Position numbers and translations under genes: made by a program
Shown: positions 1 to 9,874 of the stretch, piece by piece
Position numbering within the stretch: the stretch's first letter is position 1
Layout: every line of letters begins with the position of its first letter
From: a virus
Reading direction: 5' to 3' (one strand)
IMG/VR virus record: IMGVR_UViG_3300034105_003474
Coordinates: 1 to 64,000 of that record
Length of the DNA stretch: 64,000 nucleotides
The notes under the pieces: model-generated
The model's database searches: none
Told to the model about the DNA's origin: nothing
What the model saw: only the letters and a program-made list of their open reading frames with translations

Positions 1-23
1 GCTGGGAAAAACAAACGGCTTAA

Positions 24-1019
24 ATGGGACTTGACTCTGGCTACGGTATTGGCTCATTGAAGCCAGGTGTGTGTACTAGTTCCACACGCCCTGCTGCGCC
101 TTATGTCGGACAAACAATATTTGAGACTGATACGAATTTGATGAAAGTGTATTTGTCAAACGGTTGGAGTAATGGCACACAACATCTGCGAGATATCCCT
201 ATTGAATACCTAGTTATTGCTGGTGGTGGTGCTGGTGGTGCTGCCAACACGTCTTCGGGCGCTTCTGGTGGAGGTGGTGGTGCAGGTGGTTACCGCACAA
301 ATGTCTCTGGTGAAACATCAGGTGGTGGTGCTTCTGCCGAAGCAGCGATTTCACTTGCTAATGGCACATACACAGTCACTATTGGAGCGGGTGGCACTGG
401 TGTCACTGATAGGGCTGGTGGTTCAGGAACCAATTCAGTTTTCAGCACAATTACTTCTACGGGTGGTGGCGGTGGTGGTTGCGGTAGCCTGTATGCTCCT
501 GCAACTGGCGGTTCTGGCGGTGGTGGTGACTATATTACTGGTGCGGCTGGAACAACAAGCCAAGGTTATGCGGGTGGTACTGGTTCGGGCAATTCGCAAT
601 ACACCTCTGGAGGTGGTGGTGGCGCTGGAGCAGTAGGTGCTAACTGTGCCGCAGGTAAATCTGGTGATGGTGGAATTGGTGTCCAATCATCTATAAACGG
701 AACAGCAACCTTCCGTGCAGGTGGCGGTGGTGGCGGTTCTTATAGTTCTGGAAGAACTCATGGTACTGGCGGTTCAGGTGGCGGTGGTAATGGGAACGCC
801 AATCAAGCCACGCCTAACGGTACGGCTGGAGGAACCAACACAGGTGGTGGCGGAGGTGCAAACAACACTTCTGGTCAGGCTGGTGGCTCAGGTGTGGTAA
901 TCGTGCGCTACCTTACAGCCGATGCAACTGGAAGAACAATCACTGGTGGTACAGAAACAACTTCTGGCTCATACACAATTCGTACTTTCACCGCATCAGG
1001 AAGTTTGGTTATCGCATGA
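24..1019 (+). CDS. Glycine-rich virion/tail fibre-associated protein
   Basis: N-terminal LKPGVCTSSTRP..P..GQ.I.ETDTN module shared with the next two ORFs; Gly-rich body (EYLVIAGGG...GSGVVIVRY). Confidence 0.6.
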   Translation: MGLDSGYGIGSLKPGVCTSSTRPAAPYVGQTIFETDTNLMKVYLSNGWSNGTQHLRDIPIEYLVIAGGGAGGAANTSSGASGGGGGAGGYRTNVSGETSGGGASAEAAISLANGTYTVTIGAGGTGVTDRAGGSGTNSVFSTITSTGGGGGGCGSLYAPATGGSGGGGDYITGAAGTTSQGYAGGTGSGNSQYTSGGGGGAGAVGANCAAGKSGDGGIGVQSSINGTATFRAGGGGGGSYSSGRTHGTGGSGGGGNGNANQATPNGTAGGTNTGGGGGANNTSGQAGGSGVVIVRYLTADATGRTITGGTETTSGSYTIRTFTASGSLVIA

Positions 1020-1639
1020 CCATTTCTGCTACCACACAAGGACTGAAGCCCGGCGTTTGCACTTCATCTAATCGCCCTGCTAACCCGTTTGATGGCATGA
1101 TGATTTACGAGACAGACACAAACCTTGTGTGCATTTGGAACGGTACAGCGTGGAAAACATTATCGTATTCTGATTACACATCAGGTACTGTTTTGCAGGT
1201 TGTTAATACACGGAAAACTGATGATTGGGTTGCTACAACAGGCACCACCTACACAGATGTAACTGGTTTAAGCGCTTCAATAACTCCTTCAAGTGCCTCA
1301 AATAAAGTACTTATTACCATATCATTATGTGCTTCATCTGATGGTGGTAACTTCGGCTATGCAAGAATGTTGCGAGGAGCAACAGAAGTTGGTGCGAGCG
1401 GAAACCCGGGCTTTGGTGGTTTTGGTTCTGTCTTACATGATGGTGGAACCAGTGGTGGCAACTACTACAAAACAATAAGTACTTCTATCTTGGATAGCCC
1501 ATCTACTACTAGTGCAACTACTTATAAAATACAAATGTGTCACCATGCCGCTGGCGGTATTGTTTCTGTAAACCGCCGTGCTGGTTTTACTGGAATATTT
1601 GGAACTTCAACTATTACATTGCAAGAGATAGCGGGTTAA
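1016..1639 (+). CDS. Virion accessory/fibre protein (shared N-terminal module, beta-rich GTVLQVV...ITLQEIAG C-terminus)
   Basis: ATGA overlap with upstream gene; same PGVCTS..RP module. Confidence 0.55.
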   Translation: MTISATTQGLKPGVCTSSNRPANPFDGMMIYETDTNLVCIWNGTAWKTLSYSDYTSGTVLQVVNTRKTDDWVATTGTTYTDVTGLSASITPSSASNKVLITISLCASSDGGNFGYARMLRGATEVGASGNPGFGGFGSVLHDGGTSGGNYYKTISTSILDSPSTTSATTYKIQMCHHAAGGIVSVNRRAGFTGIFGTSTITLQEIAG

Positions 1640-1641
1640 TT

Positions 1642-2610
1642 ATGCCACTATCTAGCGTTATCGGCGCACAATCCATTATTAGACCTGGTGTCTGCACATC
1701 TACAACTCGCCCTGCTTCACCTTATACAGGGCAAATGATTTATGAGAGTGATACAAACAAGTTGCGTTTGTGGAACGGTACTGCATGGTCAACAGTTACT
1801 CATGGTGTAATCCTTCCAGTTGAATACCTTGTTATTGCTGGAGGTGGAGGCGGTGGATATGACGTTGGCGGTGGTGGTGGAGCAGGTGGATATCGCACAA
1901 ATGTTGCAAGCGCCACTTCAGGCGGTGGCGCTGGTGCTGAAGCATCAATGAACATCACCACCGGAACATACACTGTTACCGTTGGTGCTGGTGGAGCAAA
2001 ATCTTCAAATAATAGTGCAGGTTCAACTGGTGGAGATTCCATATTCAATGCCATTTTTTCGTTTGGTGGCGGTGGTGGAGCATCATGGCCAGGTGGTGGT
2101 GGTGCAGTCGCAGGTGGTTCTGGCGGTTCTGGCGGCGGTGGTCATGGCTATGGCTGGACGAGCGCTGGTGGAACAGGAGTAGCAAACCAAGGTTTTGCTG
2201 GTGGTGCGACTATTGGTATTGGGTCCAACAGTGGGGCATATGTTTCGGGTGGTGGTGGTGGTGCAGGCGCTGTAGGTGTGACTGGAACCAATGTTGGTGA
2301 AACTTCATCTGTGGCTGGTGGTGTTGGAGTTGCATCGGCAATAAATGGGACAAGCACAACACGAGCAGCGGGTGGCAGGGGTGCGGGAAATGGTTACACA
2401 GGGCAAACCACCCCAGCAGCAAATACGGGTAGCGGTGGTGACGGAGGAGGTGCGGGGGATTCTGCAACAAACGGTGGTTCTGGTCTTGTTATTGTCCGAT
2501 ATTTGACTGCTGACGCATCGTTGCTTACAATTACTGGTGGCACTGCAACAACATCAGGCTCATACACCATTCGCACTTTTACTGCTTCAGGAAGTTTGGT
2601 TATCGCATAA
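1642..2610 (+). CDS. Glycine-rich virion/tail fibre-associated protein, paralogue of 24..1019
   Basis: Start reassigned to MPLSSV at 1642; same N-terminal module and identical C-terminus SGSYTIRTFTASGSLVIA. Confidence 0.6.
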   Translation: MPLSSVIGAQSIIRPGVCTSTTRPASPYTGQMIYESDTNKLRLWNGTAWSTVTHGVILPVEYLVIAGGGGGGYDVGGGGGAGGYRTNVASATSGGGAGAEASMNITTGTYTVTVGAGGAKSSNNSAGSTGGDSIFNAIFSFGGGGGASWPGGGGAVAGGSGGSGGGGHGYGWTSAGGTGVANQGFAGGATIGIGSNSGAYVSGGGGGAGAVGVTGTNVGETSSVAGGVGVASAINGTSTTRAAGGRGAGNGYTGQTTPAANTGSGGDGGGAGDSATNGGSGLVIVRYLTADASLLTITGGTATTSGSYTIRTFTASGSLVIA

Positions 2611-2789
2611 TGGCTACTCCAATCAATTTCCCTAACTCTCCATCTTCAGGAGATGAATACAACGCAGGAGGTATGGTTTGGCGTTACCTTGACGGTGTTT
2701 GGAAGCGTTTCCCACAAACAATTTCTGACGGCGGACTTTCCGACACACCGCTCAACGATTATCTTGTTGACGACGGCGGGGGCGCATAA
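2610..2789 (+). CDS. Small virion protein (MATPINFPNSPSSGDEY...W.Y.DGVW), 59 aa
   Basis: Not in ORF track; TAATG overlaps at both ends; FP.SP..G motif typical of fibre-associated proteins. Confidence 0.6.
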   Translation: MATPINFPNSPSSGDEYNAGGMVWRYLDGVWKRFPQTISDGGLSDTPLNDYLVDDGGGA

Positions 2790-3883
2790 TGGCATACCGT
2801 CGCATTCTTATCCGCCGTGACACGGCTGCTAACTGGACAGCAAACAACCCGACTCTTTCCGCTGGTGAGTTCGGGCATGAAACTGATACAGGAAAACTTA
2901 AAATTGGTACAGGATCCACAGCATGGAACAGCCTTCCGTATCAGTCAGGTGTTACTTCTATAAACGGTCAAACTGGTGTGGTAACAGGTCTTGCTCCAAC
3001 CGCTGATCCAACATTCACAGGAACTGTTTCTGGTGTCACCAAAGGGATGGTTGGACTAGGGAATGTGGACAACACAAGTGACGCAAACAAACCAGTTTCC
3101 ACTGCACAGCAAACCGCGCTTGATCTTAAAGCGAACCTTGCTTCACCGACCTTCACTGGAACTCCAACACTCCCAACAGGGACAATCGCCACCACACAAA
3201 CCGCTGGCAATAACACCACAGCACTCGCAACAACAGCATTTGTTACCGCGGCAATTACAACCCCTAAAATCTATGTTGCAAAGTTTACAACTAACGGAAG
3301 CGGAACATGGACTTGTCCTGCTGGTGTTACACAAATAAAACTGACACTCATCGGTGCTGGTGGGGCAGGTGGTAATGCGTCAGCAGAGGCAATACTTCCT
3401 ACTGCTACCAACTATCAAAGTTACGCTAGTCAAACTGATACTGCTGGTTCAACAACATTTGTTGTTGGTGGAACCTCATATACAGCACTTGGTGGGAAAA
3501 AAGGAATTGACCACAACGTTTCCGTAACTGGAGACTCCCATAATGGTGGGTTTAGTAATTCAACTTCTTCTAGTTCTAGTCAAACTGAGTTTCGTGCGGA
3601 AAATAGATACCCTGGTTCTGGTGGCGGTGGGTTTGGAGTGGTTTCAGGTTTGGCATGGACATTTTCTGTTGAGTATGGTGCTGATACTTGGCAACATATC
3701 ATCAGAGCCAGAGCAGAAGCACGTTCTGGTCGTGGGCAAGATGGGGTAACAGAAGTTTTTCAAGTTACCGTTGTTCCGTTAACAGTTTATTCGTTTACCG
3801 TTGGAGCAGGGGCAGGGTATGCAGGTACCACATCTGCAAGCATGGGTTCAAACGGTGCTGTCACCATAGAATACGTGATTTAA
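2789..3883 (+). CDS. Tail fibre protein with Mtd/hyaluronidase N-terminal domain
   Basis: RRDTAANW...NPTL..GE.G.ETDTGKLKIG.G...WNSLPY; ASPTFTGTPT shaft repeats. Confidence 0.8.
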   Translation: MAYRRILIRRDTAANWTANNPTLSAGEFGHETDTGKLKIGTGSTAWNSLPYQSGVTSINGQTGVVTGLAPTADPTFTGTVSGVTKGMVGLGNVDNTSDANKPVSTAQQTALDLKANLASPTFTGTPTLPTGTIATTQTAGNNTTALATTAFVTAAITTPKIYVAKFTTNGSGTWTCPAGVTQIKLTLIGAGGAGGNASAEAILPTATNYQSYASQTDTAGSTTFVVGGTSYTALGGKKGIDHNVSVTGDSHNGGFSNSTSSSSSQTEFRAENRYPGSGGGGFGVVSGLAWTFSVEYGADTWQHIIRARAEARSGRGQDGVTEVFQVTVVPLTVYSFTVGAGAGYAGTTSASMGSNGAVTIEYVI

Positions 3884-3892
3884 GGAGACATC

Positions 3893-4117
3893 ATGGAATA
3901 CACATATGAAGTAAACGATAAAAACGTAGTAACCATTACGTGGACTGGGATAGTTGATAATGTTACTATTACCCGCAAAATAGGTCAACAAAACTTCCCC
4001 CACAACGGTACGCCTTGGACAAAAGAAGAAGCCGAACAATGGGCAGAAACAACCATCCAAGCAATAAAAGACAACAACGACATTTTTCCCACTCTAAACA
4101 ATAATTTGGAAGCATAG
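3893..4117 (+). CDS. Hypothetical protein, possible fibre chaperone
   Basis: AAGGAG RBS; follows fibre gene. Confidence 0.45.
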   Translation: MEYTYEVNDKNVVTITWTGIVDNVTITRKIGQQNFPHNGTPWTKEEAEQWAETTIQAIKDNNDIFPTLNNNLEA

Positions 4118-4200
4118 CCCTGTAGGTTTTGTCAACTTGGCGATTGCAGGATGCAGAACTTGTATACTTGGGTAGAGAAAAACCCTCTGGGAGATGCTGA

Positions 4201-5352
4201 ATGACAACTAGACGAATATTGATTCGTAGGGACACGGCGTCTAATTGGACGGCGTCTAACCCAACTCTTGCGTCTGGCGAACTAGGTGGAGAAACCGACA
4301 CAGGGAAACTTAAACTTGGCAACGGTTCTACCGCATGGAATAGCCTTCCATACCAAGTTGGCGTTACCTCGGTAAACGGCAATACGGGTGTAGTGACTGG
4401 ATTGGCTCCAACGGCTAGCCCAACATTCACAGGCGTACCATTATCCACTACCGCTGCGGTTGATACAAACACCACCCAAATTGCTACTACCGCATATGTT
4501 GTGGGTCAAGGTTACGCAAAATTGGCTTCCCCAACCTTTACGGGAACCCCTACCCTTCCAACCGGCACTATCGCTACGACACAGACTGCTTCAAATAACA
4601 CCACGGCGGTTGCCACAACAGCATATGTTGATACCGCAGACGCATTAAAAGCAAACTTGGCTTCACCAATCACTTCAGTTGCTGATGCCTCATACACCTT
4701 GGTACTCGGTGATGCAAGCAAATATATAAGTTTTACTAATGCTGATGCGATCATATTATCTGTTCCGTTGAATGCAAGCGTTGCTTTTGCGACAAACGAC
4801 TGGATAGATTTCACATCCACCACATCCCCTGTGATAGTTAGCCCTATTTCTGGTGTGACTGTCAACAAGTCGGCAGGACAATGGCTTGTTGTTATGCCAC
4901 ATCAAAAAGCCCGATTGACGAAAACAGGCACAAATGTCTGGCAGTTCACTATAAGTTCGCTTCCTTCGTCTTTCACTGAACAAATTGCTCTCAGCGCAAC
5001 TGGCGCTACAGGAACAATAAACATTGATTTCGCGGTAAATGCTTCAGTTTTGCGTACTGGTAACGCGACAGGTAACTTTGTTCTCAACATTAGAGGGACA
5101 TCAACTGTCGCAATGAATGATATTTTGGCGGTTGGTGAAGTGGCAACCGTAACTTTTATGGCGACAATGGGTGCGACGCCTTATTATGCGACCGCCTATC
5201 AGGTGGATGGTGTGGCAATCACCCCGAAATGGCAAGGAGGCACAGCCGTTTCAGCAGGTCAGGCTTCTTCAATAAACATGTACACCGTCACGCTAACCAA
5301 AACTGCTTCAGCGACATATACGGCGTTTGCAAGCATGACGAAATTCGCATAA
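4201..5352 (+). CDS. Tail fibre protein with Mtd N-terminal domain (second paralogue)
   Basis: Same Mtd_N motif and shaft repeats as 2789..3883, different C-terminus. Confidence 0.8.
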   Translation: MTTRRILIRRDTASNWTASNPTLASGELGGETDTGKLKLGNGSTAWNSLPYQVGVTSVNGNTGVVTGLAPTASPTFTGVPLSTTAAVDTNTTQIATTAYVVGQGYAKLASPTFTGTPTLPTGTIATTQTASNNTTAVATTAYVDTADALKANLASPITSVADASYTLVLGDASKYISFTNADAIILSVPLNASVAFATNDWIDFTSTTSPVIVSPISGVTVNKSAGQWLVVMPHQKARLTKTGTNVWQFTISSLPSSFTEQIALSATGATGTINIDFAVNASVLRTGNATGNFVLNIRGTSTVAMNDILAVGEVATVTFMATMGATPYYATAYQVDGVAITPKWQGGTAVSAGQASSINMYTVTLTKTASATYTAFASMTKFA

Positions 5353-5361
5353 GGATCAATC

Positions 5362-6321
5362 ATGCCATTCCTTAATAGAATTGGGCAAGGAAGTTCTCGT
5401 AGGTTCGGATTTTCAAAGATACTTCGCTTGGGGGCTTTCTTTGATACATTCACTCGGGCTAACAATGCAAGTGTGGTTGGTGGCGATGCTCCTTGGACTG
5501 CTACTAGCGGAACTTGGGGTATATCTAGCAACACCGCCGTTACAAGTACTGCGGCTAGTTCTTACCCGCTGTTAACTTTTGATGCTCTGTCAACGGATGC
5601 TGTTGTGAAAGCAACTCTTCCTGCCGCAAAATCAGCGGGAGCAGGTGTTGCTTTTTGGGTTACAGACAACGACAACTGGTGGGCGGCAATAGCGGAAAAA
5701 ACTGACTATACCGCTGCCCCATTCAACTGTCCTACGAACGGGTCAAACATAGCCGTTGTGAATAACTCAAATGGGAACTGCACTTATAACACGACTGGTG
5801 GTGGACCATATCCTGCGGTTGGTGGCGGACCGTATGCATACTGTGCATGTAGTTATGCAACTGTATTTGGCTGTGATTGTTATAACTATTACGAAAATCC
5901 ACCCAACTGGTGGACAAAGGTTGGCTCGGCAGATATTTGGGGTGTAGCAAATGCGCCATACAACTACTATGTTCAAAGCGCACCGTACAACTACACCGCC
6001 ACAACATATGGGGGTACTCCAACTCCATGGAATCGTTCGCAAATCAAAATCATTAAGAAAACAGCAGGAACGGTTTCAACGGTGAGCACAACTGATTTAT
6101 CTGACTTAACAGCAAACAACTATTTGACTTATATTCAAGCACAGACAACTGCTAACGGAGCAACGGTAACAACAGCCGTGAGTTCAGCGCCAAACACCGT
6201 GGTCACAGCACCAGCAATATCAATAGGGACGCCGATTCCAGCAACGAAGTTTGGGATTGTTTATGCACCTGCAACGAACAACGCAAGTTCAGCCATAGTT
6301 CGTGTTGACTATAGCGAATAA
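5362..6321 (+). CDS. Putative virion protein with central Cys/Tyr/Pro-rich insert
   Basis: DTFTRAN...W....GTW.I lectin-like start; GGGPY repeats, CACS...GCDC. Confidence 0.5.
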   Translation: MPFLNRIGQGSSRRFGFSKILRLGAFFDTFTRANNASVVGGDAPWTATSGTWGISSNTAVTSTAASSYPLLTFDALSTDAVVKATLPAAKSAGAGVAFWVTDNDNWWAAIAEKTDYTAAPFNCPTNGSNIAVVNNSNGNCTYNTTGGGPYPAVGGGPYAYCACSYATVFGCDCYNYYENPPNWWTKVGSADIWGVANAPYNYYVQSAPYNYTATTYGGTPTPWNRSQIKIIKKTAGTVSTVSTTDLSDLTANNYLTYIQAQTTANGATVTTAVSSAPNTVVTAPAISIGTPIPATKFGIVYAPATNNASSAIVRVDYSE

Positions 6322-6330
6322 GGATAGAGT

Positions 6331-6498
6331 GTGCTAAGTAGGGAAAAAATCAATGAGCGACTATCAATATGCAGGGGATGTGAACGGTTTTTTCGTTTCA
6401 CTTCTACCTGTAGAGAGTGTGGATGCTTTATGACAATTAAGACACAAGTCGCATCATCGTCTTGTCCACTAGGAAAATGGGGTAAACATGGCACATAA
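6331..6498 (+). CDS. Small Cys-rich protein (CxxC...CxECGCFM...CPLGKW; DUF6171-like), copy 1
   Basis: Not in ORF track; VLSREKINERLSICRGCERFFRFTSTCRECGCFMTIKTQVASSSCPLGKWGKHGT. Confidence 0.75.
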   Translation: MLSREKINERLSICRGCERFFRFTSTCRECGCFMTIKTQVASSSCPLGKWGKHGT

Positions 6499-6757
6499 CA
6501 GGACAGTAACTTTCAACACCGACTCAGCCGACATTGAAAAAAGGGTTAATTCCGTGCTGTTTTATTTAAATATTGCACACGACCGCATCCTCCAAGATAA
6601 CGAATACCCAGCAAGCAACGAAGCAATATGCACACTTGATGAGGCTAAACAGTTAATTCATGCCATGGTAACAACATTTACGACGCCAGCAGACGATCTC
6701 CCCGAGGATGAAACTGTTGATCTGAACGTGTATATCCACAGGTTTGATGTAGCCTAA
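6488..6757 (+). CDS. Hypothetical protein
   Basis: ORF in operon context. Confidence 0.55.
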   Translation: MAHNRTVTFNTDSADIEKRVNSVLFYLNIAHDRILQDNEYPASNEAICTLDEAKQLIHAMVTTFTTPADDLPEDETVDLNVYIHRFDVA

Positions 6758-6779
6758 ACAGGGACACTGTGGAGGCTTA

Positions 6780-7178
6780 ATGACAACGGAAATTGTACCA
6801 AGTAGTCAAGGACCAGTGGTCGTCCATGAGGGGATGGTTCTTCATCTTTCGGACTTTGAGGGAATGTGTATGGCGATTGACGCACATCCAGAACTATTAC
6901 AAAATCTAGAAGATTCTATTGTGGAGTTCGTAACCACTATAACCGAATACAACCTAGAGATGTTCACCACAAAGCGAGTCCCAAATTCTAAGATCATGAA
7001 AGAATCCGTTCGCTGTATGGATGAGTTCCACAACTTGGCATATGTTGTTTACAAGGGGCATATGGAACAAAAAGTGATTCAGAGTAACCCGAGTTTGCCG
7101 AAAGAAGCAGTGCCAGCAGAAGTTATTAGAAGCAACCATCCAGTGATCAATGCGTTTTACAAGTTTTCATTGGAATGA
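6780..7178 (+). CDS. Hypothetical protein
   Basis: GGAGG RBS; ATGA overlap with next gene. Confidence 0.6.
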   Translation: MTTEIVPSSQGPVVVHEGMVLHLSDFEGMCMAIDAHPELLQNLEDSIVEFVTTITEYNLEMFTTKRVPNSKIMKESVRCMDEFHNLAYVVYKGHMEQKVIQSNPSLPKEAVPAEVIRSNHPVINAFYKFSLE

Positions 7179-7768
7179 GTGATATACGGATAGGACATCC
7201 GGCTGACAATATTTTTTATACTCACGCAACGCTGTCAGAAACCTTCACAGCAGAAGAATGCGATGCAATTATCAGCCTCGGTTTGCAAAAATTAGAGCAA
7301 GCGAAAATAGCCAGCGGTGAGGTGGAGAACAAAACTAGAAGTTCAAAAGTTAACTTCCTGTTCCCTTCAGAAGAAACAAAATGGATTTTTGAAAGAATAA
7401 AAGAAGTAACTGACAATGTTAACGACAGGTTGTTTAACTTTGATTTGGTTTACTTCCCCAATATGCAGTTCACCTCCTACTCTGTTGGTGACTACTATGA
7501 CTGGCATATGGATTTAATCCCCGGTGGGAAAAATCAACCTTTTACGCGAAAGTTGTCCCTATCGGTAGTGCTTTCCGATCCCCTTGAATACGAAGGAGGG
7601 GAGTTGGAGGTAAACAGATATGCTGATGATAGTTGTGAAATTGCACTGAAACCGAAACAAGGAACAGTTGTCTTTTTCCCTTCTTTTATTCAGCATCGTG
7701 TAACCAAAGTAACCAAAGGAAGCAGATACTCATTGGTCATTTGGGTTGAGGGAGATAGGTTCAAATGA
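7175..7768 (+). CDS. 2OG-Fe(II) oxygenase, prolyl-4-hydroxylase/PKHD-like
   Basis: WHMD, RKLS, YEGGEL, FPS...HRV...R..LV.W. Confidence 0.9.
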   Translation: MSDIRIGHPADNIFYTHATLSETFTAEECDAIISLGLQKLEQAKIASGEVENKTRSSKVNFLFPSEETKWIFERIKEVTDNVNDRLFNFDLVYFPNMQFTSYSVGDYYDWHMDLIPGGKNQPFTRKLSLSVVLSDPLEYEGGELEVNRYADDSCEIALKPKQGTVVFFPSFIQHRVTKVTKGSRYSLVIWVEGDRFK

Positions 7769-8523
7769 GTAAAGAGTTGGTGGTTTATTGGGCTCCTTGG
7801 ACAATGAAGGGAGGAACTAAAGCAGGACCAGATCTTTCAGGACCCAGCGAAATAATGTTCTCTCCTCCTATCGGTCTTTGGTCTGAACTTACAGAACAAA
7901 TGTACAACCAAGATGTTTCACGCAACTTTTTTCAATGTCCAGCAGTCAGAGATACCCTTCTGCCCACTTATGTTATTTACAACCCACTTACAAGTTCGGC
8001 AGAAGTAGAAATAAAAGAAACTGGCGAGGTGGGAAGAGTTATCCAAGAAGTGAGCAGGGATTCACAAGTTAAAATCACGATGCCACACGCGCCATCGTTG
8101 ACCAATCAGTTGCTTGTTTGCTATAACCTTCAGCACATATTCTTTGCAGAAGAACCAGTTCTAATGCGATTGACCTCACCATGGTTTCACAAAGCGCCAC
8201 ACATGCAATATGGTTCTTTAATACCCGGGAATTACGATATTGGGCGATGGTTCAGACCTATCAACTTTGAATACAATCTTTGGGACGGAGGAACCAAACT
8301 AGAGATAGAGGCTGGTGAGCCACTTGCTTACATAGAGTTTGGTACTGATCGTAAAATAGTTCTCAAAAGATTTGAAGCAACAGAAAAACTTCACACCATA
8401 GGTGGGGAAATAATCCACGCTCGTTCCAAAAGGTGGAAAACCCTTGCATCACGATACGAATTATTTGACCGCTCGCCAATGAGAAAAATTATTCTAAAAG
8501 AGATTACAGAGAACCTTCTATGA
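7765..8523 (+). CDS. Hypothetical protein of oxygenase clusters (CPA...PG.YDIG.WFRP...GEPL.YI)
   Basis: Coupled within the oxygenase operon; no catalytic triad recognised. Confidence 0.55.
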   Translation: MSKELVVYWAPWTMKGGTKAGPDLSGPSEIMFSPPIGLWSELTEQMYNQDVSRNFFQCPAVRDTLLPTYVIYNPLTSSAEVEIKETGEVGRVIQEVSRDSQVKITMPHAPSLTNQLLVCYNLQHIFFAEEPVLMRLTSPWFHKAPHMQYGSLIPGNYDIGRWFRPINFEYNLWDGGTKLEIEAGEPLAYIEFGTDRKIVLKRFEATEKLHTIGGEIIHARSKRWKTLASRYELFDRSPMRKIILKEITENLL

Positions 8524-9035
8524 TATTCCTAGAGCGTTCAAGCCTGATAGAGAACAACCTTCAAGGATTTGAAGGGATACTTGACTTTGCTCGTTTTAAG
8601 TTTAATGACATTTATGGGCATACCGAATTCACTAAGGCGTACTCTACCTACAATGTTTTCACCCTTACTTCAACAGACAGTCTCATGTATTCGTTGTTTA
8701 AAGAACTTCAATTGAGGGTACGTTCTGTGTTGGGGGATCAACCGCTATGGATGCAATGCTGGATGAACTATCACACACAGCATGATGTTCTTGATTGGCA
8801 TGATCATGAGTGGGCATGGCACGGATATATCACAATAGACCCAAAGAAAACTAATACGGTATTTGACGACTTCACTGTAGAGAATAAACCTGCGCAAATA
8901 TACTTTGGCGAAGGACATAAAAAGCACAAAGTTGAAGTGTTGGAGCCTTACGAAGGTCACCGCATTACGCTCGGCTACGACATTACGAACAGATCAGGGG
9001 AGAGGAGTAAGTATGTCAGTTTTATACCCTTCTAA
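8520..9035 (+). CDS. 2OG-Fe(II) oxygenase-like (cupin) protein
   Basis: W.NY, WHDH, HKV...RITLGYD. Confidence 0.7.
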   Translation: MIFLERSSLIENNLQGFEGILDFARFKFNDIYGHTEFTKAYSTYNVFTLTSTDSLMYSLFKELQLRVRSVLGDQPLWMQCWMNYHTQHDVLDWHDHEWAWHGYITIDPKKTNTVFDDFTVENKPAQIYFGEGHKKHKVEVLEPYEGHRITLGYDITNRSGERSKYVSFIPF

Positions 9036-9651
9036 CACAGGTAAAGAATCTTTTAGTTTGGGCGAACATATCGCCGTTTGGGATAATTTCTTTTCTCCAG
9101 AACTATGCAATAAGTTCATTGCATTTTTTGAGTACCGTTCCAAAATGGCTTTCAAGAGAAACAGCAGCACGAAACAGGACGCTTCGGTAAATTTTGGTAC
9201 GGAAATAGGTTTGAGAGATGAGATTAATACGGAATCAGTATTTATAGATAACTCGGTGAGTGATCAGTGTTTGCCTGAATTTTTGACAAAGTTTTGGGAT
9301 GTTTGTTTCCCTATGTATTTGGAGAAGTATCCGCATCTTGCTTCTAGTACTGCTAAATGTGATTTTTCTGTTATAAAACTACAAAAAACACTTCCCAAAG
9401 AGGGTTATCATGTTTGGCATTGCGAGCAAGGGGATATACCAACGTCAAGGAGAATGGCGTTTATTATTTTGTATCTCAATGACGTCAATTTGGGTGGTGA
9501 AACAGAGTTCATTTACCAGTCGGCACGGGTGCATCCAATGCAGGGACGTTTGGTTTTGGCACCTGCGTCTTACACTCATACTCATCGGGGTAATCCGCCG
9601 TTGGATGGGGTTAAATATATTTTGACTTCTTGGCTGGAGTTTCAGCAATAG
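9013..9651 (+). CDS. 2OG-Fe(II) oxygenase (P4H-like, HxE)
   Basis: Start at MSVLYP after GAGGAG; GYHVWHCE, YLNDV..GGETEF, THRGNPP...KYILT.W. Confidence 0.9.
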   Translation: MSVLYPSNTGKESFSLGEHIAVWDNFFSPELCNKFIAFFEYRSKMAFKRNSSTKQDASVNFGTEIGLRDEINTESVFIDNSVSDQCLPEFLTKFWDVCFPMYLEKYPHLASSTAKCDFSVIKLQKTLPKEGYHVWHCEQGDIPTSRRMAFIILYLNDVNLGGETEFIYQSARVHPMQGRLVLAPASYTHTHRGNPPLDGVKYILTSWLEFQQ

Positions 9652-9667
9652 GGTAGTTGTCTTGTGT

Positions 9668-9823
9668 TTACCATTTGCCTAACGGGCATTCTTGGTCAGG
9701 CATTTTTGTTTTAATTTTCATGAAGCATCCGCATTCTTTGCATTGTGCTGTGATTTTGAAGAAGCGTGGGCATGCTACGCATATTGCGTATCGTTCGTGT
9801 GCTTCAAGTTTTTTGTTGTTCAT
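9668..9823 (-). CDS. Small Cys-rich CPLGKW protein, copy 2
   Basis: Not in ORF track; MNNKKLEAHERYAICVACPRFFKITAQCKECGCFMKIKTKMPDQECPLGKW. Confidence 0.75.
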   Translation of the reverse strand: MNNKKLEAHERYAICVACPRFFKITAQCKECGCFMKIKTKMPDQECPLGKW

Positions 9824-9874
9824 TTAGTTTTTATCCAAAAGTATGAGGTGGCGTATCTGTGTATTTCTCAATAT

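Noticed and set aside
217-2470. Val-, Trp- and Pro-rich alternative-frame ORFs and Chi-like GCTGGTGG runs
   Set aside because: By-products of Gly/Ala codon runs in the Gly-rich genes
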